A DNA stretch of 64,000 nucleotides from an uncultured Candidatus Saccharibacteria bacterium (GTDB lineage Bacteria > Patescibacteriota > Saccharimonadia > Saccharimonadales > Saccharimonadaceae): the NCBI GenBank assembly GCA_947570505.1, contig CANOTH010000002.1, positions 1,354 to 65,353 on the forward strand. The letters run 5' to 3'. Within the stretch, counting starts at the first letter, position 1; the number at the start of each line of letters is the position of its first letter. This document shows, one piece after another, positions 1 through 9,350 of the stretch. The notes beneath the pieces were generated by a model. That model ran no database searches. It was not told the DNA's origin and saw nothing but the letters and a program-made list of their open reading frames with translations. Made by a program: the position numbers and the translations under genes.

Positions 1-15
1 TGTAAACTAACATTG

Positions 16-44
16 AAAACCCCGACATGCTGCGTTGGGGTTTT
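16..44 (+). terminator. Intrinsic terminator-like hairpin
   Basis: aaaacccc-13nt-ggggtttt inverted repeat. Confidence 0.5.
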
Positions 45-106
45 ATTCGTTTATGGTTTTTTGGGGTATGATTGCAAATTTTCGGTCAGGATAATAGAGA
101 TGAATA

Positions 107-589
107 GTGGTATTGCCATTGATATTTTATGAGGACAGCTGGGTGAATACGGCGGCAGTAGGTGAGACGATTAGTACACGGTTCGAAGAGCCAATATTGC
201 CTGACGGACTGAAGGAACATCAGGGTGATATTAAGATAATCGAAATTACACCTGATATGCGGACGGGGTACTGGTTTGAGAGTATTGATCCTACTATCCC
301 GGTCTATTCCGGACATGATGACGCATCTGATTCGCGGTTTGTGATCTTATTCTCGACGATTTATCATAAAGTCGAGCCGGAACCCACAGATCAACTATTG
401 TTCCAGAAGTCATTTGCCTTAAAAAGCATCGCGGAGGAGAATTTGATCACTCATGCACAGATGGTCGGTCTGATGGATCTGTTTGATGAAATTGGCAGTT
501 CTGATGACACGGTGCGCATTAAACATGACGAAATGGAAATCGCTTGGGTAGAGGTGGATCAATATTCCCTTGGACGGCTGCGAGATTGA
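107..589 (+). CDS. Hypothetical protein
   Basis: 160 aa ORF, no recognisable motif; start uncertain. Confidence 0.5.
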   Translation: MVLPLIFYEDSWVNTAAVGETISTRFEEPILPDGLKEHQGDIKIIEITPDMRTGYWFESIDPTIPVYSGHDDASDSRFVILFSTIYHKVEPEPTDQLLFQKSFALKSIAEENLITHAQMVGLMDLFDEIGSSDDTVRIKHDEMEIAWVEVDQYSLGRLRD

Positions 590-758
590 TCTCTCTGGCG
601 AGGGTTTTAGCATTGAGGCTATCAGGGCGGAGTTTGATTTCGATAGCATTGAGGAAGCTTACGGCTCGAGATAAGTGCTTTTGCTAGAATTATTTGTGTG
701 ACCTCTGGACCTTGAGTCTGGAGGTTATTTTGTGGATGAATGTGTTATAATATGAAAA

Positions 759-1796
759 GTGATGAATAATATTTGGAATGAGCTGCCGCATGGTTTTACG
801 GTTTTGGCACCGATGGAAGGTGTGACGGATGTGATTTTTCGGCAAGTGATTGCCCGGGCGGGGCGGCCAGATTTGTTTTTTACGGAGTTTACTAATGTTT
901 CGAGTTTTGCCTCAGAAAAGGGGCGGGAGAATGCCTTAGAGAGATTGGCGGTGGTGCCGACTGATGCGCCGATTATCGCGCAAATTTGGGGAAAGAATCC
1001 CGAGCATTTTGCAGAGCTGGCGGGAGCTCTGGAGGATTTGGGTTTTTCTGGGCTGGATATTAATATGGGCTGTCCGGATCGACATGTAAATGCTGCTGGA
1101 GGCGGGGCGGCGATGATTCGGACTCCGGATCTTGCGGTGGAATGTTTGCGCCGAGCGCGGGAGGCGACGAATCTCCCTGTATCCGTGAAGACGAGATTGG
1201 GCTATACGGAGGTGAATGAGTATCGGGATTGGTTGCCGGTGCTGCTAGAGGAAAAGCCGGCAGCCTTGACGGTGCACCTGAGGACCCGTAAAGAAATGTC
1301 GAAAGTGCCAGCGCATTTTAGCTTGATTCCGGATATTTTGGGGCTGTGCCGGGCCTTTTCGCCGCAGACCAAAGTGATTTTTAATGGTGATATTAAGGAT
1401 CTAGCGATGGTGCGGGAGCTTTCTGGGAAGTATCCGCAAGTGGATGGCTGGATGATCGGGCGGGGGGTGTTCGAGAATCCGTATTGTTTTACTGAGCATG
1501 AACCTATTCAGACGGAGCTGTTGGATTTACTCAGGTATCATTTGGAACTGTTTGATTTGGAGGACGGTAGGTTGAAGGCTAAGCGGGCTATGGCCCTAGG
1601 GGATGGTGGTGATACCAAGGTACGACGGGGTTTGGCTTTTGATCCCTTGAAACATTATTTTAAGATTTATGTGCATGGCTTCCCTGGTGCAAGTGAGCTG
1701 AGGGCGAAGATGATGGAGTGCAAGAATACAGCTGAGGTGAGAGAAGTGCTCAAGGGGTGGGTGTCTATGGCGCAAAATGCTTGCAAAATGGTCTAG
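759..1796 (+). CDS. dus: tRNA-dihydrouridine synthase (Dus family)
   Basis: LAPMEGVTD, DINMGCP, VSVKTRLG, NGDI and MIGRG motifs. Confidence 0.93.
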   Translation: MMNNIWNELPHGFTVLAPMEGVTDVIFRQVIARAGRPDLFFTEFTNVSSFASEKGRENALERLAVVPTDAPIIAQIWGKNPEHFAELAGALEDLGFSGLDINMGCPDRHVNAAGGGAAMIRTPDLAVECLRRAREATNLPVSVKTRLGYTEVNEYRDWLPVLLEEKPAALTVHLRTRKEMSKVPAHFSLIPDILGLCRAFSPQTKVIFNGDIKDLAMVRELSGKYPQVDGWMIGRGVFENPYCFTEHEPIQTELLDLLRYHLELFDLEDGRLKAKRAMALGDGGDTKVRRGLAFDPLKHYFKIYVHGFPGASELRAKMMECKNTAEVREVLKGWVSMAQNACKMV

Positions 1797-1811
1797 AAAC
1801 CATAAGTACTA

Positions 1812-1840
1812 TTGACCTTTTTGATAAAGTGTGGTAAAAT
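1812..1840 (+). promoter_or_regulatory. Sigma70 promoter, shared orphan-gene type
   Basis: TTGACC-17-TAAAAT with TG extension; AAGGAGG upstream of ATG 1907. Confidence 0.75.
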
Positions 1841-1906
1841 GATGGTATGGGGATATATCATTTCCCCTATAAAACATGATAAGTAAATTAAAAAGGAGGA
1901 AGTTAT

Positions 1907-3166
1907 ATGGCTGATACAGAATTATATCCAAATAATCTGAAAGGACTGAGCTTAAGTTTTATCGAAAGCATCTATGCGATTGCGTTTGAGCTGGAGAGTG
2001 AGCTCCATGTGCGGGGAAAAGAGGTAGTTTTTCAAGACCTGGATATGACGGCGGAAGAAATGCGTGGACGTGTTGAATTTTGCCTGAACGAGGCTATGTA
2101 TGAATCCCATGCATATGCTTTAAGACGTGTGCTAGGCGATTTTGACTCGCCGGCAAACGATGAGAAGAAGCTCTACGGGCAGCCACTACATGAGGTTTTT
2201 AAGAAGGCGGTAGAGAATTTGCGTTCGTCAGCAGCATTGTGTTATCGTTCTTATGAGAATGTGAATTATCGACATCTTTTGACGGAGAATAAGACCCTTG
2301 GTTTACTACATTGTGACCAGAATATGCGGTTTGATGCAGGCGAATCTATGGAGAGATTGTATGAACAGGTGCAGCAGTTGATGGATGAAGTACGATTCTA
2401 TAATGAAAGGCGCGATCAGGCTTTGATGAGAATGGAAACATTGATGTTAGAGATTAAGCAGTGCAAAGATTGCCCAGAGGACTTTGGATGGGAACAGCTG
2501 GGGACGACAGGTGCGAAGGATATGAACCTCGATGGCCCGGTTACACAGATTTTCTGGCCTCATCGGACTAAAGCTGTACTGCAGAGATTAGCGCTACATA
2601 CGGTTAATGAAGCGGTGCAGTTCTTTGGTGACTTTGCTAATTTTAGTAAGCTGCAGGATACTACTTTGCTAGAATGGTGCGTGGTTGTAGCGATTTTGCG
2701 TAGAGTTGGTCTATTGCCGAAGGGCGATGACGTGGTTACGATAGACGATAAAATCTCGGTATTTGATTTTTCAGTGCGATCATACAATGGTCTGAAGAGA
2801 ACTGGAATCGAGGGTATTGATGACCTAATCGCGTTGTTTGCTAATGGGGCTGAAGACGGTTTGCATAGAATAGGAAGGATAAGGAATCTAGGTCGACAGT
2901 CGCGTGAAGAGATATTTTGTCGAATTGGAAAATCTTCGATAGAATTAGATGATTCGCTGTGCTTTCCGAGTGCAGGAAGCCACGTGCGGGCATTGGATTT
3001 TGATTCAGAAGATCGTGCAAGATTGCAGTGCTGCGGAATTAACACTGTCGGCGACTTATTGACTGCTTGCCAGAGCGAAAATCGGTTTCTTGCCTTGAAG
3101 CACGTTGATAATACCTTATATTTATCAGCTATGAAACATCTGAGACAGTATGGTTTCGTTAAGTAG
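1907..3166 (+). CDS. Protein with RNA polymerase alpha-CTD-like repeats
   Basis: ISVFDFSVRSYNGLKRTGI...IRNLGRQSREEI resembles alpha-CTD; weaker copies on both sides. Confidence 0.65.
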   Translation: MADTELYPNNLKGLSLSFIESIYAIAFELESELHVRGKEVVFQDLDMTAEEMRGRVEFCLNEAMYESHAYALRRVLGDFDSPANDEKKLYGQPLHEVFKKAVENLRSSAALCYRSYENVNYRHLLTENKTLGLLHCDQNMRFDAGESMERLYEQVQQLMDEVRFYNERRDQALMRMETLMLEIKQCKDCPEDFGWEQLGTTGAKDMNLDGPVTQIFWPHRTKAVLQRLALHTVNEAVQFFGDFANFSKLQDTTLLEWCVVVAILRRVGLLPKGDDVVTIDDKISVFDFSVRSYNGLKRTGIEGIDDLIALFANGAEDGLHRIGRIRNLGRQSREEIFCRIGKSSIELDDSLCFPSAGSHVRALDFDSEDRARLQCCGINTVGDLLTACQSENRFLALKHVDNTLYLSAMKHLRQYGFVK

Positions 3167-3186
3167 CAATTATCCTCCTGTACAGG

Positions 3187-3214
3187 AAAGCCCCTACCGC
3201 TGGTAGGGGCTTTT
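3187..3214 (+). terminator. Intrinsic terminator
   Basis: aaagcccctacc-gct-ggtaggggcttt followed by T. Confidence 0.85.
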
Positions 3215-3236
3215 GTGTAGGGTAGTGGCTTCAATA

Positions 3237-3265
3237 TTGACTTTTTTGATGAAGTGTGATATAAT
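3237..3265 (+). promoter_or_regulatory. Sigma70 promoter, shared orphan-gene type
   Basis: TTGACT-17-TATAAT; downstream hairpin and AAGGAGG. Confidence 0.8.
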
Positions 3266-3361
3266 GGAAGGATAGAGCATACGAGTCCTTTTTTGCTCTA
3301 AAAAATTAAAAAGGAGGCACATTGTTATGATTAGTACGAATAGAAAGAGTGGTGGTGAAAT

Positions 3362-3898
3362 ATGAAGCGAGCAAATAAACAAGGTGGGCGCCCGAGGGTG
3401 AGGCGACGTCAGATGCTGCATGAACAGAGGATTGATAAGATTTATCGTCCATTACGGCAGGATACGGAGAAATTTTTTTATGACCCGTTGTGGAGCCTAG
3501 ATCATACCTTGCCTAGATTATTTTTAGAGCGAGAGTGCGAGTTCTATGGCTATAAGCTGCAGGGGTTTCAGGCCGGTGATGATGTTATTGATAGCGAAAT
3601 TGCTTTGCAAGCAGGAAAACTGCGTCTCAAGGCCAGCTATAATATGTTCGTTTATGAGTATCAGGATCGAAGCTGCGGAGATATCGCTACTTTGTTTCTG
3701 AATGAGGTGCTTCAGCCTATGTTCAATACAGTAGCTCAGGCAAGGATCAAGCGGAAGCGCTCGCAGCCAATTGATTGTACGGGAATCATCAACCAATTGA
3801 GAGTAAAAGAACGGGCGGGCCTGGAAGAGCTGACGCAGGTAGACAGCAAGTATTACTTTTGGCCGGTCTATGATTTGTTAGAGACATTGGCTTCGTAA
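3362..3898 (+). CDS. Hypothetical protein
   Basis: 178 aa ORF downstream of promoter, followed by hairpin at ~3925-3954. Confidence 0.7.
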   Translation: MKRANKQGGRPRVRRRQMLHEQRIDKIYRPLRQDTEKFFYDPLWSLDHTLPRLFLERECEFYGYKLQGFQAGDDVIDSEIALQAGKLRLKASYNMFVYEYQDRSCGDIATLFLNEVLQPMFNTVAQARIKRKRSQPIDCTGIINQLRVKERAGLEELTQVDSKYYFWPVYDLLETLAS

Positions 3899-3953
3899 TT
3901 TTGATGACATTTTCCGGTAAGTTTAAAAACGTGGCCGTTTGGGTCGCGTTTTT

Positions 3954-4496
3954 TTAAATCTCATAATAATATGAGTTTTCTAAACCTTTGAAGATTGTAG
4001 GTTGACTAAGATCAGTAGTCAGATGATCTTGAATAAGAGTGCGAATCTCCAGATCATTGACCGGGCTACGTTCCATGGCTTGAAGGTAGAGATGCTTATC
4101 GATCTTTGACCAATCAACCATTTTGCCTAGAGCACGTTTTAGTATGAGATCTAGCCAAATACGAGTACTGCGCCCATTGCCTTCTAGGAAGGGGTGGGCA
4201 ATATTCATTTCTACATATTTTTTGATAATATCATCGAAGGTGGCTTCACTCATTTGGCTGATTTTTGGCAGCATATCTTCTAAATACAGAGCATTGGCAA
4301 AGCGAAAATTGCCTTTAGAGAGATTTTGTTGACGGATTTGCCCAGCAAAATCATACAATCCGTCGAAAAGATATTGATGAATTTGTTGTAAACCACGAAT
4401 CGTGCCTACTTCAATCTGGTCGATTTGCTTATTAGTAAAAATTTCCTTGGCTTGTTCTAAGCTTTTTTGATCGATTTGGCTTAACTGGTTAGTCAT
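3954..4496 (-). CDS. fic: Fic-domain protein adenylyltransferase
   Basis: [12 protein letters not shown] Fic motif; C-terminal SYYYE inhibitory-helix-like motif. Confidence 0.9.
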   Translation of the reverse strand: MTNQLSQIDQKSLEQAKEIFTNKQIDQIEVGTIRGLQQIHQYLFDGLYDFAGQIRQQNLSKGNFRFANALYLEDMLPKISQMSEATFDDIIKKYVEMNIAHPFLEGNGRSTRIWLDLILKRALGKMVDWSKIDKHLYLQAMERSPVNDLEIRTLIQDHLTTDLSQPTIFKGLENSYYYEI

Positions 4497-6004
4497 GATT
4501 TTGGTTTTCCTGTTTGCTTGTTACGTGAATCTTGGTCATTGCGAAAGCTAAACATAATCGGTGTGCCGACGAACGGAAATTTCTCGCGGATTTTGCGCTC
4601 GAGGAAGCGCTTGTAAGACCAGTGCAATAGCCCGAGGTCTCGCCCGTGCACGACAAACCAGGGTGGGCAAACATCAGTCTGCACGATATATTTGAGTTTG
4701 GGGCGGGTGTTTTTGAGGCCGGCGGGCGGATGCTCGATAATGGATTCGTTTAAAATTTTGTTGAGCTCGGAAGTTTTGATTTCTTGATGACGAGTAGCAT
4801 CGATTTCAGTAGCTAGTTCAAATAATTTAGTGACATTTTGGCCGGTTTCGCTACTAGTGATTAGCACGGGGGCATAAGGAATGAAATTGAAGTCATATTC
4901 TAATTTGTCGAGGATTTCGTCGGTATTGTCAGCCAGATCGGCTTTGGTGAGAATAACGATAATTCCCTTGCCAGCTTCAATGATTTGGCCAGCTAGGGCT
5001 TGGTCGAGTTTGGAATGGGGTTCGGTAGCATCCACGAGTAGGGCGCAAATGTCGGCTTCTTCAATGGCAGCAAGAGTGCGCAAGGCGGAAAATTTTTCGA
5101 TGCCTACTTCGCGTTTGCCGGGCTTGCGTAATCCGGCGGTATCTAGAATCTCAAGGGTGCGGCCATGGTATTTGATTTCGACTCGGTTAACGTCACGGGT
5201 GGTTCCCTGGCGCGAGCTGACTAGGGCTTGCTGTTTTTGCCCCAGACTGTTAAAGAGGCTGGATTTACCAACGTTGGGGCGACCGATGAGGGCAATTTTC
5301 AGGATATTTGCAGAATTTGCTGTACCAGCAACTGACTGGTTGCGCCATGACTCCTCAGGATTTTCTCCAGCGGAGCTGTCGGAAAAGTTCCGCGAACTCT
5401 CGCGCTGACTTTTCCTAAAAAATTCCAAAGAATCTGGGCGACTGCGTTCTAATTTGCTGGTCGCAGCAAATTCTGCAAATTGTTCAGAAGTTGTTCTATC
5501 GTTAGTATCCGAGCTACTTAGTTCATAGTAAATTGCGCTCTTAAGGTCTTTGATGCCTTGGCCGGTGGTGGCGGAAACACGGAAAGTCTGCGCGGGCTTG
5601 ATACCGAGACGCAGGAATTCGCTATCTTCTAGGGATTCACCGAGGTCGGATTTGTTAAGTAAAAGTAGAACAGGTTTTTGCGAACGTAGGGCTTTTTTAG
5701 CAATTTCCTTGTCTTTATCATCAGGATATTTGGAGCTATCGAGTGCTAGGAGGATGAGATCGGCAGTTTCAATAGCATCGGCAATCTGATCTTGAATATT
5801 AGCTTCAAAATCATCCGTGGGGTCTTTGAGACCGGCAGTATCAATTAGGAGAAAACGGTTGTCAATGCGAGCGATTACATTATCGCGAGTAGTTCCCTCT
5901 TCACGAGCAACGATGGCGATATTCTTGTGTGCAAAACGATTCAGGAGACTGGATTTACCGGCATTAGTTTGACCGATGAGGGCGACGATGGGAAGCTTTT
6001 TCAT
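4493..6004 (-). CDS. der: Ribosome biogenesis GTPase Der/EngA with expanded linker
   Basis: Two G domains ([20 protein letters not shown] twice) and KH-like C-terminus; ATG 6004 lies 7 nt after TGTTATAAT. Confidence 0.95.
   Translation of the reverse strand: MKKLPIVALIGQTNAGKSSLLNRFAHKNIAIVAREEGTTRDNVIARIDNRFLLIDTAGLKDPTDDFEANIQDQIADAIETADLILLALDSSKYPDDKDKEIAKKALRSQKPVLLLLNKSDLGESLEDSEFLRLGIKPAQTFRVSATTGQGIKDLKSAIYYELSSSDTNDRTTSEQFAEFAATSKLERSRPDSLEFFRKSQRESSRNFSDSSAGENPEESWRNQSVAGTANSANILKIALIGRPNVGKSSLFNSLGQKQQALVSSRQGTTRDVNRVEIKYHGRTLEILDTAGLRKPGKREVGIEKFSALRTLAAIEEADICALLVDATEPHSKLDQALAGQIIEAGKGIIVILTKADLADNTDEILDKLEYDFNFIPYAPVLITSSETGQNVTKLFELATEIDATRHQEIKTSELNKILNESIIEHPPAGLKNTRPKLKYIVQTDVCPPWFVVHGRDLGLLHWSYKRFLERKIREKFPFVGTPIMFSFRNDQDSRNKQTGKPKS
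5306..5480. repeat. 175 bp palindromic MITE-like element inside der, reading frame kept open
   Basis: 17 bp perfect terminal inverted repeat atttgcagaatttgctg / cagcaaattctgcaaat, extending imperfectly to ~27 bp. Confidence 0.75.
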
Positions 6005-6063
6005 ATTTAATATTATAACACATGGATCTATCCACTGTTTCCTAATATTTATAATAATATCCA

Positions 6064-6182
6064 AAGCTAAAACTCTTACAGGTGTAGACCATCCGCAGCG
6101 CCACGAGCGAGGGAGAGGTGGATCGCGCCCGTAACGACGGGACGCGAGAACACCGTGTCTACACCTGTAAGAGTTTTAGCTT
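6064..6182. repeat. 119 bp element with 26 bp perfect terminal inverted repeats
   Basis: aagctaaaactcttacaggtgtagac (6064-6089) and its reverse complement (6157-6182); GC-rich internal hairpin. Confidence 0.85.
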
Positions 6183-6191
6183 CACTTTTTA

Positions 6192-6409
6192 TTACAAGTA
6201 GTATACCAAACAGCGGACGGGGATACCGGTCCAACGAGTGTGCGGGCCGCTCGACGGGTAGACGGTACCTGCATTGAATCCGAGGTCGTAAGCACTAGCT
6301 GAGGTAGCGGACGAGTAAGCGACACTCGAACGAGACCAATCGTAGCCAGAGACACCGAAGAGCCTCAAAGAACCGTCGTTCAAGACGACGAGCCCGCTAC
6401 GGACGAAGT
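6192..6409 (-). repeat. DGR variable-region-like cassette 1, no gene body
   Basis: 169/197 nt identical to 15219-15415 by manual alignment; encodes FVRSG...GIPVRCLVYYL*; in-frame stop a few codons upstream. Confidence 0.85.
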
Positions 6410-6457
6410 AATTGGCATGAGTTCTCTAGATGAACTTTGGAGATAATAAAGCCTCAT

Positions 6458-6491
6458 AAAAAAGCGAGACCAATTGTTTCTAGTCTCGCTC
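6458..6491 (-). terminator. Intrinsic terminator of the 6522-6935 gene
   Basis: agcgagac...gtctcgct stem with poly-T on the minus strand. Confidence 0.65.
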
Positions 6492-6521
6492 ATCGGTTTG
6501 ACGGCTTATAAGTAAGTTGCA

Positions 6522-6935
6522 TCATTTTGCAAAATATTTAAGTTTCTTGTTAATCCAGTGATGAAAATTCTCGATATCATCCTTCAAGCACCAGCAGGTC
6601 TCGACAATCGCTGCGATTACTGTAGAAGGAATAGATGATAGTATAAACAGCATTGCTATCCCAATTGTAAGAACTGAACCTACGAGAAACTCCCAAAATG
6701 TCTGAGGATTGTCGTATTTGCCAAGGCTAATCTCGTCCAGCTCATACATAGGGAGAAAAACCGCCTTCCACCAGCATTTTGTGGGCCTGAGCAAGTTCTG
6801 GTCGCGATCGTGGTGCGGCAGAAATTTCTGGAGCATCATAATCAATGCAACAATTAAGGCCGGCAAGAACCGTAGCGCTACACAGCAGATTGCGGCGATA
6901 ATGAATGAAGTTTTAATTAGATCAGAAAATAACAT
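6522..6935 (-). CDS. Hypothetical membrane protein
   Basis: Two hydrophobic segments; GAAGGAGG SD upstream. Confidence 0.7.
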   Translation of the reverse strand: MLFSDLIKTSFIIAAICCVALRFLPALIVALIMMLQKFLPHHDRDQNLLRPTKCWWKAVFLPMYELDEISLGKYDNPQTFWEFLVGSVLTIGIAMLFILSSIPSTVIAAIVETCWCLKDDIENFHHWINKKLKYFAK

Positions 6936-7024
6936 AAAAATCCCTCCTTCAAGAACTATCTGCTAGTACACCATCAAACCAAATTTTTAGGTACTAGCAA
7001 CTTTTGTTAGCTACTTATGTTTTC

Positions 7025-7053
7025 ATTGTATCACACTTTGTTAAAAATGTCAA
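7025..7053 (-). promoter_or_regulatory. Sigma70 promoter, shared orphan-gene type
   Basis: TTGACA-17-TACAAT with TG extension. Confidence 0.75.
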
Positions 7054-7115
7054 TAGTTTTGGGGTTATTTTGGTGATTTGGCAAAAAAGAGCTTAGAATG
7101 TGTTATAATTATCTT

Positions 7116-9350
7116 ATGGCAGATGAACGGGAAGAGCAGAAAAGCTTTTGGGATAAAGTGAAGAGTTTTTTTGGCAGTAAATGGCATTATTTAGTGGTGT
7201 TTATTTTTGGGGCAGTTTTGTCGGTAGGTGTTTGGTCATATGTGACTCAGATTATGACTGGCGATGATTATGCTTTTCATATTACGCGGTTACAGAGCGC
7301 GTCGAGGGCTTGGTCAAATGGGCAGGTGGTACCGCAGGTTGATCCGGATGCTTTGGAGGGGTTTGGTTATGCCTACAATCTTTTTTATGGGCCATTGTTG
7401 ACTTATCTAGCGGCAGGTTTGCAGGCGGTGTTAGGGGTGTGGCCGTATGCGATTAATCTGGTATTATTGGTTTGTTTGATCGGTTCGGGTCTGGTGATGT
7501 GCTATGCTATGACTAAGATTAGTCGGAATCGAATTCTGGCAATGCTAGTAGCAGTTTTTTATATGGCGGCGCCGTATGCTTTGAATAATCTTTATTCGCG
7601 TATGGCTCTGGGTGAGGTGGCGGCTTTTGTGGCGGCGCCAATTTTGCTGTTGGGGTTGTGGTATTTGACTACGAAGCAAAAGCATGCAGCACGTTGTATT
7701 GCACTTTCGGCGGCAATGTTGGTCTTGTCACACAGTTTATCGGCTATGTTATTTGCCTTGATGGCGGCGGTGTATGTGTTACTGAATTGGCGTAAGATTT
7801 TTAATTTTAATAATGTTTGGCGGATGATTTTGGGGGTAGTGGTGGCTTTGGGGTTGTCAGCAGTGTTTACTCTGCCACTAGTTGAGGCAAAATTAAAGGG
7901 AGATTATGGTATCTTTGATGCGGGTTATGCGGATATTTATTTTGGAGCTAATCCGCGGAGTATGAATGACCATCGGATTTGGCCACAGCAGCTTATGGTG
8001 ATGAATTATGCTGGGGGTACGAATGCTGAGGGCTTAGGTGGCGAGTTTGGAGTGACCTTGGGTATAGTTTTCATTGTGGGGCTGATTGGATTTTGGTTTA
8101 TTCGCAAACAGATTGAGGATATTGACGAGCGGCGGTTCGTGACTTCGCTGTATATTATTGCGGTTTTGGCGATTTTGTTGGCTTTGCCAGTGGTGAATTG
8201 GTATCATATGCCGGGCATTATGTGGCAGATGCAGTTCCCTTGGCGGTCATTGATGGTGTCGACAGTAGCTCTCGCGGTGGTGTCGGGTTATGTGTTTTAT
8301 GCGGCGGTGAAGGGGTTGGCTCAGGAAAAACAAAAACTAATTGCTGTAATGATGGCGATGGCAGCGGTTTATTTAGTGATGCCGTTGATTATGCCGAGGG
8401 GAGATCGACACATTGATGAGAGTGCGGTGAAAGAGGATCCAGTGACGTTGGGTTGGGAGGCAGAGTATGCTCCGATGCAGATGCTTTGTTCGCCAGAGGT
8501 AGAAGAAGATGTACGGCAGGGTTATGCTTGTAGCTTAGGCCGGATTAGGGAGAGGATTGCAGAACGTGGTACTAGCTTAGAAGTGATTGATGGCTCAGCG
8601 GAGATTAGTGAGGTTGAGCGCGATGGTTTGAAATTTGATTTTGTAGTGGATGAGGTGGCAGAAAATACCACAGTGGAGTTGCCGGTGATTTATTATCCAG
8701 GTTATGAAGCGAAGTTAGGTGACGAGGTCTTAGAGGTAGGGTATTCTGGTAAGAATGGTTTAGTGGCAGTGGAGATTCCGGCCGGTAAGTCGGGCAAGGT
8801 GCAGGTTTGGTATGGTTTGAGTTTGGCGACTAAGGTAGGAGCGGCAATTTCAGCTGGTACAGTTGGTCTTGGTGTATTGTGGCTGATAGTGGCTGGGGTA
8901 ATAGAGCATCGTGGGCGCAAGAAGGAAGAGCGAGCGATTGCCGAAGAGGCGCGCTTGATGGATTCGGTGTTTTCGGCGATGGAGGAGGAAGTGGTGAGTT
9001 TAGATGAACCTGCGATTACGATGGAAGATTTAATGCCACCGAAGTTGGAAAATAAGCCAGAGGTAGAGGTGAAGGCTCCAGAGGTAGCTATGCCGCTGGA
9101 AAGTGAGCCAAAAGCTGTGGCTAAAAAGACTACTAAAAAACGCACGACGAAGGCCAAGAAGACAACTACTAAGAAGACTGTGGTCGCCAAGGCTGTTGAG
9201 GCTGATGCGACTACAAGTAAAAGTAGTACGAAGACTAGGGTAGTGAGATTGCCAGAAGCGGAAGCTAGTGCGGATACGGGCAAGGTAAGGGCAAAATCTG
9301 CCAAAACTACTAAGACTAGGGTTAAGCGCGTAAAAGCGGAGGAGGATTAA
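7116..9350 (+). CDS. Multi-pass membrane protein (YfhO/GT-C-like) with Lys/Thr-rich tail
   Basis: GDDYAFH, FYGPL and MQFPWR motifs, many TM segments; adjacent to GT2. Confidence 0.75.
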   Translation: MADEREEQKSFWDKVKSFFGSKWHYLVVFIFGAVLSVGVWSYVTQIMTGDDYAFHITRLQSASRAWSNGQVVPQVDPDALEGFGYAYNLFYGPLLTYLAAGLQAVLGVWPYAINLVLLVCLIGSGLVMCYAMTKISRNRILAMLVAVFYMAAPYALNNLYSRMALGEVAAFVAAPILLLGLWYLTTKQKHAARCIALSAAMLVLSHSLSAMLFALMAAVYVLLNWRKIFNFNNVWRMILGVVVALGLSAVFTLPLVEAKLKGDYGIFDAGYADIYFGANPRSMNDHRIWPQQLMVMNYAGGTNAEGLGGEFGVTLGIVFIVGLIGFWFIRKQIEDIDERRFVTSLYIIAVLAILLALPVVNWYHMPGIMWQMQFPWRSLMVSTVALAVVSGYVFYAAVKGLAQEKQKLIAVMMAMAAVYLVMPLIMPRGDRHIDESAVKEDPVTLGWEAEYAPMQMLCSPEVEEDVRQGYACSLGRIRERIAERGTSLEVIDGSAEISEVERDGLKFDFVVDEVAENTTVELPVIYYPGYEAKLGDEVLEVGYSGKNGLVAVEIPAGKSGKVQVWYGLSLATKVGAAISAGTVGLGVLWLIVAGVIEHRGRKKEERAIAEEARLMDSVFSAMEEEVVSLDEPAITMEDLMPPKLENKPEVEVKAPEVAMPLESEPKAVAKKTTKKRTTKAKKTTTKKTVVAKAVEADATTSKSSTKTRVVRLPEAEASADTGKVRAKSAKTTKTRVKRVKAEED

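Noticed and set aside
1907-3166. Annotation as rpoA
   Set aside because: No alpha N-terminal domain and not in a ribosomal operon.
7098-7115. 'MCYN' N-termini as a shared protein motif
   Set aside because: They are translations of the TGTG(T/C)TATAAT promoter box upstream of the true ATG.
8702-9304. Long antisense or alternate-frame ORFs (also 2560-3234, 19003-19710, 44376-45161, 48924-49547)
   Set aside because: Shadows of well-supported genes, with no motifs or start signals.
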